Below are positions 10,974 through 20,038 of a DNA stretch of 64,000 nucleotides, piece after piece (within the stretch, counting starts at the first letter, position 1; every line of letters begins with the position of its first letter). The notes beneath the pieces were generated by a model, which did no database searches, was not told the origin of the DNA, and saw only the letters and a list, made by a program, of their open reading frames with translations. Position numbers and translations under genes: made by a program. This stretch comes from an uncultured Solirubrobacterales bacterium (GTDB taxonomy: Bacteria > Actinomycetota > Thermoleophilia > Solirubrobacterales > 70-9). The stretch is from contig CAVYOA010000006.1 in the NCBI GenBank assembly GCA_963769945.1, positions 10,040 to 74,039 of the forward strand, given 5' to 3'.

Positions 10974-11726
10974 ATGAGCGCAGCGGTTGATTCTCGGGTC
11001 GCATTGGTCACCGGCGCCTCATCGGGCATCGGCGCAGCGACGGTACGCACACTTGCGACGGCGGGCTTCGAGACCGTCAGCGCCGCCCGCCGGCTCGAGC
11101 GCTGTCAAGCGCTCGCCGACGAGGTCGGCGGCCGGGCTCTGCGCCTCGACGTCGCTGATCCCGACTCGGTCGCCGCGCTCGCCGGGGAACTCGAAGAAGT
11201 TGACGTCGTCGTCCACAGCGCCGGCGGCGCCCTCGGCCTCGAGCCGATCGGCAAAGCCGACGAAGACAGCTGGGAGCAGATGTGGGAGTCAAACGTCGCC
11301 GGCTTGATGCGGGTGACGAAAGCTCTGCTGCCCGCGCTCAAGCGCAGCGACGACGCCCACATCGTCATCATCGGCTCGGTCGCCGGAGTCGAGGCGTATG
11401 AGGGCGGCGGTGGCTACACGGCAGCAAAGCACGCCGCCCACGCGATCGCCCAGACCCTGCGGCTCGAGCTCCTGGCCGACGCGATTCGCGTCACAGAGAT
11501 CGCTCCCGGCCTCGTCGAGACCGAGTTCTCGCTCGTCCGCTTCGACGGCGACGCCGAACGCGCGGCCGGCGTCTATGAGGGCATCGAGGCGCTGAGCGCC
11601 GAGGACGTCGCCGAGGCCATCGCCTTCTGCGTCACGCGGCCGGCGCATGTGGACATCGATTACCTCGCGATCAAGCCGACGGCGCAAGCGACGGCGAAGG
11701 TGATGCACCGCACCTCAGCTGACTGA
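10974..11726 (+). CDS. short-chain dehydrogenase/reductase (SDR) family oxidoreductase
   Basis: Starts at the internal ATG 10974 of ORF 10914..11726. Contains VALVTGASSGIGAA (TGxxxGxG), NVAG, and the catalytic YTAAKHA (YxxxK). Confidence 0.85.
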   Translation: MSAAVDSRVALVTGASSGIGAATVRTLATAGFETVSAARRLERCQALADEVGGRALRLDVADPDSVAALAGELEEVDVVVHSAGGALGLEPIGKADEDSWEQMWESNVAGLMRVTKALLPALKRSDDAHIVIIGSVAGVEAYEGGGGYTAAKHAAHAIAQTLRLELLADAIRVTEIAPGLVETEFSLVRFDGDAERAAGVYEGIEALSAEDVAEAIAFCVTRPAHVDIDYLAIKPTAQATAKVMHRTSAD

Positions 11727-11769
11727 CCAGGTCTCGCAGCAGCTGCCGGTGTCACGCCCGTTCGCCTCG

Positions 11770-13663
11770 TTACGAGCCTGGCGGCGGGCGATCGATGACG
11801 ATCAGGACGTTGCGATCGCCGGTGGCGCCGCGGGCGCCGCGGCTCGACTGATAGTCGTTGTAGGCAATCTCGCGGCCGATCGCCGCGAGCCGGAGCACGC
11901 CGGCGGCGGCCTGGCCCTGGCCGGAGCGCGGTGGCTGCGGTCCGCCCGGGTTCGCGGGTCCGTCGTGATCGAGGATCGTCAGCGCCAGGCTGATCGTGCC
12001 GTCGCCGTTGTCGATCAGCTCGATCATCCGCGACTGCTGGGGCCAGTCGATGTGCGCGGCGGTGACGACGTGCCAGAACTCGCCCGCGCCCGGTGTCGAC
12101 GGCGTGTCGGCGGCGCAGCGATGGCGCTCGACGTAGTTCTCGTGCTCGTGGCCGGCGATGTGGGCGATCACGTTCGGGTGCTCGCAGAAGAGCTCCTCGA
12201 GCGTCTGCCCGCCGCTCGGGTTCTGCGGCTGGCCGCCGCGGCGGTCGAAGCGCTGGCCGAAGTGAAGCGGCTGCTCGCTCGGGTCGGTGCTCGTCGAAAC
12301 GAATCGTGCGCAGGGTGTGATGAGAGAAGACCAGCACGTCCTGCCCGGCCGTCTCAGCAGACTCGATCTCGCGCCGCAGCCAGTCGAACTGAGCGTCGTC
12401 GACCGAACCCTCGGCGCAGACCAGCGCCGAGCACTCGTCGGTGACCGTGTCGAGGACAACGAAGCGCAGCCCGGGCCGTGGCTCGAACGAGTAGTAGCCG
12501 TCGTTGTTGAGGATCGGCCTCGGGCGGGCGGGCGCCGAAGCCGTGGCCGACGGGAGTGCCCGCGGTCTGGAAGTGCTGCTGGATCCAGCCGCCGCTCGTA
12601 CACGGCGCTGGCGCGCCGCCGCCGAATTGCTCGTCCTTGGCGACGAGGCAGCGACGCGGCGTCAGGCGGGACGACGTTCGGAGCCGCCGCAGCAGCAGCG
12701 GCCTCGGGGTCGGACGCGAGCAGGGCGAGAAAGCCCTCGGGATTATCGGCGAAGGCGGCGGGCAGGTTGCTCGGCTTGAGGCAGCCGGTGGCGACCGTCT
12801 GGTAGCCGGGGTTGGAGGTCTCGCCGCCGGCACCGAGCGGGCCGAAGTAGGCGTCGGGCCCGTTGCCCTGGACGAGCGCGTCATGGTTGCCGAACGCCGA
12901 GTACCAGGGCATGTCCAGGCCGATCGACCGAAACGGCTCGTTCGCGCGCTCGAACAGTCCGGGGAAGTCGCGAACGGTGACGTCGCGGCCGGTCTCGGCG
13001 GCGTTCTCCTCGCGCCGCGGCGAGTAGCCGTCGCCGTCGGCGCCATCGGAGCTGTCGGGCTCGTAGTAGCCGAGGCCCTGGCCGCCGCCGCGGACGCCGT
13101 CGTAGATCGAGCCGGGCGTGCCCACGCAGCCGGGGATCGGGATGCCCGGAGTTTGGGTCGATCGCCTGGCCACCGTCAAGAATGTCGATGAACCAGCGAG
13201 TCTCGTTGTACTGCTGAGAGTCGGCGTTGTCGCCGGTGAGCACGCTGAGGTCGAGCTGCTCGCCGGTAAGCGGTGAGGTGGTGTTGCGCGCCTGACGCAC
13301 CATCGCCTCGGTGACCTGGGTCGTCAGCGACTCCTGCGGGCGGTAGGCGGCCGAGAACGGGTTCGCAGGCAGCCGCTGCGAGGAGTCGAGGAACTCGACC
13401 CGAAGCGGCGACTCCTCGTCGACGATCTGGAAGTCGGAGAGCTGTAGGAAGTTGAGGATCGAGCCGCTCCGCGGCGGGCGGAAGTGTTCGCCCGCGCCGA
13501 TCACGGTGTAGTCCTCCCCCGGCGCCGGCTCGAGCGTGTTGTCGCCGTCGACATCCTGAATCGTCCGCTCGACCGTCGTTCGCGGGGCGCCCTGCGCCAC
13601 GGCAACGACCGCGAGCGCCACGATCACCGTTGTGGCGATCACCGCCGAGCGCGATCGACTCAT
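11770..13663 (-). pseudogene. secreted metallophosphoesterase (large TIGR03767-like type), disrupted by about 4 frameshifts
   Basis: Signal peptide MSRSRSAVIATTVIVALAVVAVAQG (ORF 12881..13663), then LQLSDFQIVDEESP and LTGDNADSQQYNE. The next segment has GIPIPGCVG...WYSAFGNHDALVQGN (ORF 11770..13179), then RRCLVAKDEQFGG (ORF 12354..13046), then VLVFSHHTL (ORF 11660..12337). The last segment has IAGHEHENYVERH...HIDWPQQSRMIELIDNGDGT. Shifts lie near 13145, 12655, 12515 and 12295. Confidence 0.65.
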
Positions 13664-13732
13664 CTGCCTCTCCTCTCTCGTCCGAACAACTCTCGCGGAG
13701 AGCCTTGCACGCCGGCTTCGGCGCCGCGCCGG

Positions 13733-14533
13733 TCAGACGTCGCGCAACCGGATCGGACCGGAGGTGGCGCCGGTGACGAGCTGGCGCACCAGCGGTTCGG
13801 TCGAATCGAGGGTTTCGGCAGCAGGCCCGCTGGTGACGATCTCGCCCTCGTGAATGACGACAACGTGGTCGGCGAGGCGACGGGCCGAGCGCATGCTGTG
13901 GGTGGAGACCAAAAAGGTGGCGCCGGTCTCGCCCTGAAGCTCGGACAATGTTTCGCACAGCAGCGAGAGGCGAACGCCGTCGATGCCGCTGTCGAAATCG
14001 TCGATGACCACGATCCTTGCCTCGAGCGCTAGCGATCGCGCGATCGCGACGCGCTTGCACATTCCGGCCGAGAGCTGGTCGGGCATCGCCTCGGCGCGGT
14101 TGCGCAGGCCAACCATGCCGAGATAGGACAGCGCCTGCTCTTCGATGCGCTCCTCCGACCAGGGCTTTCGCTGGCGCAGGGCAAAGGCGACGTTCTCATA
14201 GACGCTGAGCGAGAAGAAGAGCCCGCAGGTGAACGGCAGCGTGCCCTGGAGGACGACACTCATCTGCCGGCGAACCTCGTTCAGCTCGATATCGGTGAGT
14301 CTGGCCAAGGTCTTGCCCTCGACTATGACCTCGCCCCGATCGGGGTGGATGAGGCCGACGACGTGGCTGATGGTCACGGTCTTGCCCGCTCCGGAGGGGC
14401 CGAGCAGGACAGTGATCTCTCCCTCCGGCACGGCGAAATCGACGCCCCTGAGCACGGTGTGGGCACCGAAGCGCTTGACCACATCGACGAGCTCGATCGC
14501 CGCACCCGGTAGCGGCTCAGCCAACATCGACAA
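13733..14533 (-). CDS. ABC transporter ATP-binding protein (MlaF/Mkl-like)
   Basis: 266-aa intact ORF. Walker A GPSGAGKT, signature LSAGMCKRVAIARS, Walker B RIVVIDDFDSGID. No permease or substrate-binding gene is adjacent. Confidence 0.85.
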   Translation of the reverse strand: MSMLAEPLPGAAIELVDVVKRFGAHTVLRGVDFAVPEGEITVLLGPSGAGKTVTISHVVGLIHPDRGEVIVEGKTLARLTDIELNEVRRQMSVVLQGTLPFTCGLFFSLSVYENVAFALRQRKPWSEERIEEQALSYLGMVGLRNRAEAMPDQLSAGMCKRVAIARSLALEARIVVIDDFDSGIDGVRLSLLCETLSELQGETGATFLVSTHSMRSARRLADHVVVIHEGEIVTSGPAAETLDSTEPLVRQLVTGATSGPIRLRDV

Positions 14534-14567
14534 AGCTTAGTCCTGGACCGCTCTACCATCACGCGCG

Positions 14568-15458
14568 ATGCGAATCGACGAGCTTCTGGACAACAAACGG
14601 CCCGTGTTCTCGATCGAGTTCTTCCCGCCGCGCAGCGAGGACGGGCTCTCGATGCTGATCGAGACGGTCGAGGCGCTGAAGCCGCTGCGGCCCGACTACG
14701 TCTCGGTCACCTACGGGGCCGGAGGCTCCACCCGCGACGGCACTGTTGAGATGGTCGAGCGGATGAAGTCCGAGTTCGGGCTTGAGGCGATGGCGCACCT
14801 GAGCTGTGTCGGCGAGACGCAGGAAGGACTGCGAGCCATTCTCGACCGTTTTCGCGATGCCGGAATCGAGAACGTGATGGCGCTCCGCGGCGACCCGCCC
14901 CGCGGGGAGCCGAACTTCGTCGCCCCCGACGACGGCCTCTCGAGCGCCGCCGAGCTGACCGCTTTCATCAACGAGAGCTACGACTTCACGCTCGGTGGCG
15001 CCTGCTTTCCCGAGGTCCATCCCGAGGCTGCCGACCTGGAGACCGACCTCCGCTACCTGAAGACAAAGGTCGATGCCGGGGCGCGTTTCCTGATCACCCA
15101 GCTCTTCTTCGACAACCGGGTCTACTTCGACTTCGTCGCAGCGGCGCGCGAGATCGGGATCGGGGTGCCGATCATCCCGGGGGTGATTCCGATCAACAGC
15201 TTCGGACAGGTGGCCCGCATCTGCAAGCTCTGCGACGCCGAGATCCCGGCCGAGCTCTCCGCATCGATGGAGTCGCTCGGTGGCGACGAGGAGGCCGAGC
15301 GGCTGCTCGGCGTCGCCTACGCCGCCCGTCAGTGCGAGGAGCTGCTGGCCGCGGGAGCGCCAGGGATTCACTTCATCGCGCTCAACCGGGCGCCCGGCAC
15401 CCGCGCGGTGCTCGCGGCCCTGCACACATCGCGGCCGTGGGAGCGCGCGCCCGCCTGA
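14568..15458 (+). CDS. metF: methylenetetrahydrofolate reductase
   Basis: 296-aa intact ORF. Contains FSIEFFPPRSEDG, VSVTYGAGGSTRDGT and ITQLFFD, typical of MetF. Confidence 0.9.
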   Translation: MRIDELLDNKRPVFSIEFFPPRSEDGLSMLIETVEALKPLRPDYVSVTYGAGGSTRDGTVEMVERMKSEFGLEAMAHLSCVGETQEGLRAILDRFRDAGIENVMALRGDPPRGEPNFVAPDDGLSSAAELTAFINESYDFTLGGACFPEVHPEAADLETDLRYLKTKVDAGARFLITQLFFDNRVYFDFVAAAREIGIGVPIIPGVIPINSFGQVARICKLCDAEIPAELSASMESLGGDEEAERLLGVAYAARQCEELLAAGAPGIHFIALNRAPGTRAVLAALHTSRPWERAPA

Positions 15459-15497
15459 GCCGGTGACGGGGGATCGGCGCGGTAGGCTCGCGCGGCG

Positions 15498-16322
15498 ATG
15501 AAGACGACCGAGGGCAGCTTTCGCTTCAACGGACACCGGATCGCGTTCGCCGACTACGGCGAGGGGTCAAGGGTTCTCGTGCTCGCCCACGGCCTGCTGA
15601 TGAACCGCCACATGTATGACAACCTCGCGCCGGCGATGGTGTCGCGCGGCTTTCGCGTGATCACGGTCGATCTGCTCGGACACGGTGCGTCGGACAAGCC
15701 GACCGACATGCGCGCCTACAGCATGCCCGCCTTCGGCGACCAGCTCGCCGCCGTCGTCGACCACCTCGAGCTCGACCAGCCCGTGGTCGGCGGTACCTCG
15801 CTCGGCGCCAACGCGGCGCTGGAGATGGCAGTGCGCCATCCCGGCAAGGCCCGCGGCCTGTTCATCGAGATGCCCGTCCTCGACAATGCCTTGATCGCTG
15901 CCGGCGTCATGTTCCTGCCGATCCTGCTGGCGCTGCGCGTCGCCAAGCCGCTGCTTCGCGGTGTCGCCGCGATCACCAACAGGATCCCGCGCTCGAACTA
16001 CCTGATGGACATCGCGCTCGACTGGACTCGGCGCCCGCCCGAGTCCTCGGAGGCAGTGCTCGAAGGCCTCCTCTTCGGGCGCACCGCACCGCCGCGTGAG
16101 GAGCGCGAGCTGATCGGCGCCTCGGCGCTGGTCATCGGCCACCCCGCCGATCCGCTGCACCCGTTCACCGACTCCGACATGCTGGTCGAGGAGATGCCTC
16201 GCGCACGGCTCGTTAACGCCGAGTCGATCCTCGAATGGCGGCTGCGCCCAGATCGCCTCGACGCCGAGCTCGCCCACTTTCTCGACGAGGTCTACGCCGA
16301 GGAACCCCTTGAGGTTCGCTGA
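15498..16322 (+). CDS. alpha/beta-fold hydrolase
   Basis: 274-aa intact ORF. Has VLVLAHGLLMN, a nucleophile-elbow-like VVGGTSLGAN, and a C-terminal His region (VIGHPADPLHP). Confidence 0.75.
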   Translation: MKTTEGSFRFNGHRIAFADYGEGSRVLVLAHGLLMNRHMYDNLAPAMVSRGFRVITVDLLGHGASDKPTDMRAYSMPAFGDQLAAVVDHLELDQPVVGGTSLGANAALEMAVRHPGKARGLFIEMPVLDNALIAAGVMFLPILLALRVAKPLLRGVAAITNRIPRSNYLMDIALDWTRRPPESSEAVLEGLLFGRTAPPREERELIGASALVIGHPADPLHPFTDSDMLVEEMPRARLVNAESILEWRLRPDRLDAELAHFLDEVYAEEPLEVR

Positions 16323-16360
16323 ACCTTCTCCGCTACCCTGCGACGCCGAATGGCGGGCAT

Positions 16361-17134
16361 ATGAGTACCAAGGACGAGCGTGAGAAGCGGCGCCTCGAGC
16401 GCATCGAGGCTGAGAAGCACGAGGCCGCGGCAGACCGCCGGCGGCTGATCCTCGGCTACATCGTTGCCGGTGGCCTCAGCTTGGCGGTCGTCGTCGGCAT
16501 CGTGATCGCGATCGCCAGCGGCGGCGGCAGTGGCGACGAGCCGACGATCGACGGCGAGGAGATCCCAGACGCCGCTCACATCGAAGACCAGAGTGGTTTC
16601 CTGCACGGCGTCACGCCCGACGGGCGTGAAGGTACACCGCCGCCTGAGATCGCTCAGGGCGACCTTGAGACGGCGGCCGCGGACGCCGGCTGCGAGCTCA
16701 TGCTCGACCTCGAGGAGGAGGGAAGCACCCACATCACCGAGCGCTCGGATGCGCCCGAGTACGAGACCAGCCCCCCGACCTCAGGCAACCACTGGCCCGA
16801 GCAGATGGCCGACGGCGCCTACGCCGAGATGCCGAACCCGATCTACACGGTTCACGCGCTTGAGCACGGGCGCATCACCATCCAGTACTCGCCTGACCTC
16901 TCAGAGGACGAGCAGCTTGAGCTCAAGGGGCTGTTCGACGACGACTACGACGGCATGCTGCTGTTTCCGAATCCCGAGATGGACGACGAGGTCGCGGCGA
17001 CGGCGTGGACGCAGATGATCGGCTGCGACAGCTACGAGGGCGCGGCCACGTTGGACGCGCTGCGCGCCTTTCGCGACACCTACCGCGGCCAGGGGCCCGA
17101 GCAGGTGACGATCGTTATTCCGGACGAGTCTTAG
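16361..17134 (+). CDS. DUF3105 domain membrane-anchored protein
   Basis: 257-aa intact ORF with an N-terminal TM helix. Has the conserved YETSPPTSGNHW...HALEHGRITIQYSP block characteristic of DUF3105. Confidence 0.7.
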   Translation: MSTKDEREKRRLERIEAEKHEAAADRRRLILGYIVAGGLSLAVVVGIVIAIASGGGSGDEPTIDGEEIPDAAHIEDQSGFLHGVTPDGREGTPPPEIAQGDLETAAADAGCELMLDLEEEGSTHITERSDAPEYETSPPTSGNHWPEQMADGAYAEMPNPIYTVHALEHGRITIQYSPDLSEDEQLELKGLFDDDYDGMLLFPNPEMDDEVAATAWTQMIGCDSYEGAATLDALRAFRDTYRGQGPEQVTIVIPDES

Positions 17135-17156
17135 GCGCGAGCACCTTTACTCGCGG
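17135..17156 (+). terminator. weak hairpin after the DUF3105 gene
   Basis: CGCGAG (17136-17141), an 8-nt loop, then CTCGCG (17150-17155) immediately after the stop at 17134. It is followed by gttctagaatgttg, with no clean U-tract. Confidence 0.3.
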
Positions 17157-17164
17157 GTTCTAGA

Positions 17165-17265
17165 ATGTTGCTCTCGCCGGGGGAGCGGCGCTTGCACGCG
17201 TGCGTGCACCACGCGCATGAAGGGCATCGACGCAACCGGGGCGAATCCATCAGCGAACCCGCGTG
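17165..17265 (+). promoter_or_regulatory. possible ydaO-type (cyclic-di-AMP) riboswitch upstream of the amidase
   Basis: CCGGGGCGAAUCCAUCAGCGAACCCGCGUG (17236-17265) resembles the conserved 3' block CCCGAAUCCGACAGCUAACCUCGUAAGCG. An upstream CCGGGGGAGCGG resembles the GGGGGACCCA block. The element ends on the GTG start codon. The match is partial and judged by eye only. Confidence 0.3.
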
Positions 17266-18513
17266 TTGACTGAAACAGTGCTGCGTAGAGCCAAACAACT
17301 GAGCCTGCTGGCGCTTGCCTGTGCCTTCGGCTGGGTTGCAGCGCCGGCGCTGTCCTCACAGCCCTACCTGCCGGCGCCGGTCGACTTCGAGCAGGGCCTG
17401 CCGCACGCCGAAGCGGTCGCCGCAGGGCCGTTGGCCGCCCGCTCGGCAAGACCTGGGCACGATCATGCAGGCGAGGGCACGGTCAGCTTTCGCACCGCTG
17501 CGATCACCGCTCCCGAGCGCTTCGACCTCGTCGGCCTCGCGGGCGAGATGCGCCCGCTCGAGCTGCGCGCCCGCAACGACGACGGTGAGTGGAGCAAATG
17601 GATCGAGACCGCAAATGGCGATCCCGTCTACTTCGGCGGCGCTGACGAGGTGCAGCTGCGCACTCGCGGCTGGCGACCCTCGGGGACGCTTCATTACGTC
17701 AACGTCTCCGGAACGACGAGCGAGCTTGGCGGCCTGCTCGCAGGCGCTCGGGGCGCGATCAACTCGGCCTTCATCTCGGCCGAGACCACCCTTCTATCCG
17801 AGGCCCAAGCGGTGCCTGCGCGCCCGGCCGTCGTCACCCGTGGTGCCTGGGGCGCCAACGCCGGCGCCGCCGGATGCACTCCCCGCGCTCGGCCGAGCTA
17901 CGGCGCGGTCAAGGCAGCCGTGGTCCACCACACCGTGACCTCGGCCAAGTACAGCGAAGCCCAGGCGCCGGCGATCGTCCTCGGCATCTGCCGCTATCAC
18001 CGAAACGGCAACGGCTGGAACGACATTGGTTACGACGCCCTGGTCGACCGTTTCGGCAACCTCTACGCCGGGCGCGCGGGAGGGCTCGGCAAGGCCGTCG
18101 TCGGCGCCCATGCTCAGGGCTTCAACTCGCTGACCACCGGCGTCGCCTCGATCGGCACGCACACGTCAACCTCGGTCACCCCGGAGGCGCGCGAGGCGCT
18201 GATCCAGTTTCTCGCCTGGAAGCTCGCCGTCAGCGGCCTCGACGCGACCGGTAAGACGACTCTGACTTCGGCCGGCGGGTCGGCAAGCCGCTACCCGTCC
18301 GGACGGCGGGTGCGCTTGAACAAGGTCTTCGGCCACGGCACGGTCGGGCTCACCGCGTGCCCCGGGGAGGCGCTCGACCTCGAACTGCCGCAGCTACGGC
18401 GCGAGGTCCAGGCGCGGATCGACGCCGGCGGTGGCGCGGTGCCGGCGCCGACGGCACCGGTCGCGCCCCCTACGACGGGGGAGTCGCCCACCGGCGGCAC
18501 GACGCCGAAGTAG
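17263..18513 (+). CDS. N-acetylmuramoyl-L-alanine amidase (Amidase_2/PGRP domain), secreted
   Basis: 416-aa intact ORF with a signal peptide (LSLLALACAFGWVAAPALS). The core reads VVHHTVT...CRYHRNGNGWNDIGYDALVDRFGNLYAGRAGG...GAHAQGFNSLTTGVASIGT. Confidence 0.8.
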   Translation: MLTETVLRRAKQLSLLALACAFGWVAAPALSSQPYLPAPVDFEQGLPHAEAVAAGPLAARSARPGHDHAGEGTVSFRTAAITAPERFDLVGLAGEMRPLELRARNDDGEWSKWIETANGDPVYFGGADEVQLRTRGWRPSGTLHYVNVSGTTSELGGLLAGARGAINSAFISAETTLLSEAQAVPARPAVVTRGAWGANAGAAGCTPRARPSYGAVKAAVVHHTVTSAKYSEAQAPAIVLGICRYHRNGNGWNDIGYDALVDRFGNLYAGRAGGLGKAVVGAHAQGFNSLTTGVASIGTHTSTSVTPEAREALIQFLAWKLAVSGLDATGKTTLTSAGGSASRYPSGRRVRLNKVFGHGTVGLTACPGEALDLELPQLRREVQARIDAGGGAVPAPTAPVAPPTTGESPTGGTTPK

Positions 18514-18516
18514 GGC

Positions 18517-19449
18517 TCAGCCCGCTCGATAGGCGGGGAAGAAACCGTTGCCCGGCTGGTCGCCGGCGAGTCGTTCGTACTCGCCCGCATCGCAGACGAT
18601 CTCGTGCGTGTGAAAAGGCAGCTCGGAGTTGGCGAAGCCGCGCTTGAACTCCTCGAGGCCGTCGCCAGCGACGACGCCGCCGCCGAGGTTGAGCACGAGC
18701 TCGAGCTCGTCGGCGAGGTCGAGCATCGCCGCGACGACGTTCTTGAACGGCGAGGCCTGGCGCGCCGAATCCGCGGTGCCGCCGAGGTAGTAGTGAACGA
18801 CGCCGTCACTGACCGCGGCGATCGCTGCGGCGCCGTACTCGCCTTCGCGCGTGGCGGCAAGCAGCCAGCTGCGCTCGAACGAGAGGATCGCGTCGAAGTA
18901 CTCGCGGGCGAAGAAGTAACGCTCGGCAGCATCGGCGCGGCGCATCGTCTGCTCGTAGGCGTTGGCGAAGGCGTCGCGGTCGGCCGCGGTCGACTCGGGT
19001 CCTGCGAGGAGATCGAGCTGCCAGCCATCTCGCTCGTTGGCTCGGATCTGCTCAGCGAGGCGCGGCCGCACCGTGCGCGTGAGCGTGGGGTCGTGTGTGA
19101 GCACGCGCGAGCGGTCGCGGGGGCTTGCGAGCCAGGGTGCGGCACCGAGGCGCTCGCGGGCGAAGATCGAGACCAGGCCGGTGGCGCTCCAGTCGATGTC
19201 CTCGGCGCTTGGCGGCTCGCCATCGCCGCCAACCATCGCGCCGGGATAGCCGTAGGGGGAGATCGCGTCGGCCAGCTCCGAGCCTTCGATCTCGCGAACG
19301 ATCAACGGCACGTGGGCGCTGCGGCCGGGCGTGTCGAGACGCAGCGTGTGGGTAACGCCCTCGGCGTCAAAGAAAGGGCGCGAGCGAAACAGGTCGGCGC
19401 TCTCGGCGCCGGCGCCGCGATCAGCGATCAGCTCGGCGGCGGAGCTCAC
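18517..19449 (-). CDS. FemAB-like / GNAT-fold acyltransferase family protein
   Basis: 310-aa intact ORF. YYLGGTADSARQASPFKNVVAAMLDLADELELVLNLGGGV...LEEFKRGFAN resembles the C-terminal acyltransferase lobe of FemAB/BioF2-like GNATs. Family assignment is by eye. Confidence 0.55.
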   Translation of the reverse strand: MSSAAELIADRGAGAESADLFRSRPFFDAEGVTHTLRLDTPGRSAHVPLIVREIEGSELADAISPYGYPGAMVGGDGEPPSAEDIDWSATGLVSIFARERLGAAPWLASPRDRSRVLTHDPTLTRTVRPRLAEQIRANERDGWQLDLLAGPESTAADRDAFANAYEQTMRRADAAERYFFAREYFDAILSFERSWLLAATREGEYGAAAIAAVSDGVVHYYLGGTADSARQASPFKNVVAAMLDLADELELVLNLGGGVVAGDGLEEFKRGFANSELPFHTHEIVCDAGEYERLAGDQPGNGFFPAYRAG

Positions 19450-19474
19450 GGCGCGAAGCGGTGGCGGCGCGGCG

Positions 19475-20026
19475 TCACTTTGGGTCCCAGCCGGTGAAAT
19501 CCTCGGCCAGTAGTCCCCAGACCTGGTTGTCGATGCGCTCGTCGCCGCGACGGATCGCCTTTCGCATCACGCCCTCGCGCTGGAAGCCGAGGAACGTCAC
19601 CACCTTCTGCGCGGCCTCGTTGGTCGCGGGGATCTCAGCGTGGATGCGGTGGGCGGCGTACTCCGAGAAGGCTTGGTTGCAGGCCTGGCGCTCGGCCTCG
19701 CGCGCGACGCCCTTGCCCCAGGCAGAGGGTTCGCCGACGAGTACCGCCAGCTCGGGCCCAAGCTGGCGCGAGAGGCCGAACAGGGCGACGAAGCCGACCG
19801 CGTCGTCGGAGCCGTCGATCGTGATCGCCCATCTGCGGTCGTCAGCCGTGTCCATCGCTCGCTCGACCCAGCTCGCCGCTGCCTCGAGATCGAACGAGTC
19901 GCGGCTGCCGACGAGGTCGGCGGTGACCTCGTCTGAGTTGAACCAACGGTGTACCGCCTCGGCGTCACCGGGACGGAAGTCGCGCAGCGTCACCACCGCT
20001 CGGGGCTTGTTGGCGCCTGGCGTCAT
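19475..20026 (-). CDS. GNAT family N-acetyltransferase (RimJ/RimL-like)
   Basis: 183-aa intact ORF. VTLRDFRPGDAEAVHRW, AITIDGS...VGFVAL, and WGKGVAREAERQACNQAF form the acetyl-CoA binding motif A region. Confidence 0.8.
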   Translation of the reverse strand: MTPGANKPRAVVTLRDFRPGDAEAVHRWFNSDEVTADLVGSRDSFDLEAAASWVERAMDTADDRRWAITIDGSDDAVGFVALFGLSRQLGPELAVLVGEPSAWGKGVAREAERQACNQAFSEYAAHRIHAEIPATNEAAQKVVTFLGFQREGVMRKAIRRGDERIDNQVWGLLAEDFTGWDPK

Positions 20027-20038
20027 CGCGGCGAAACG

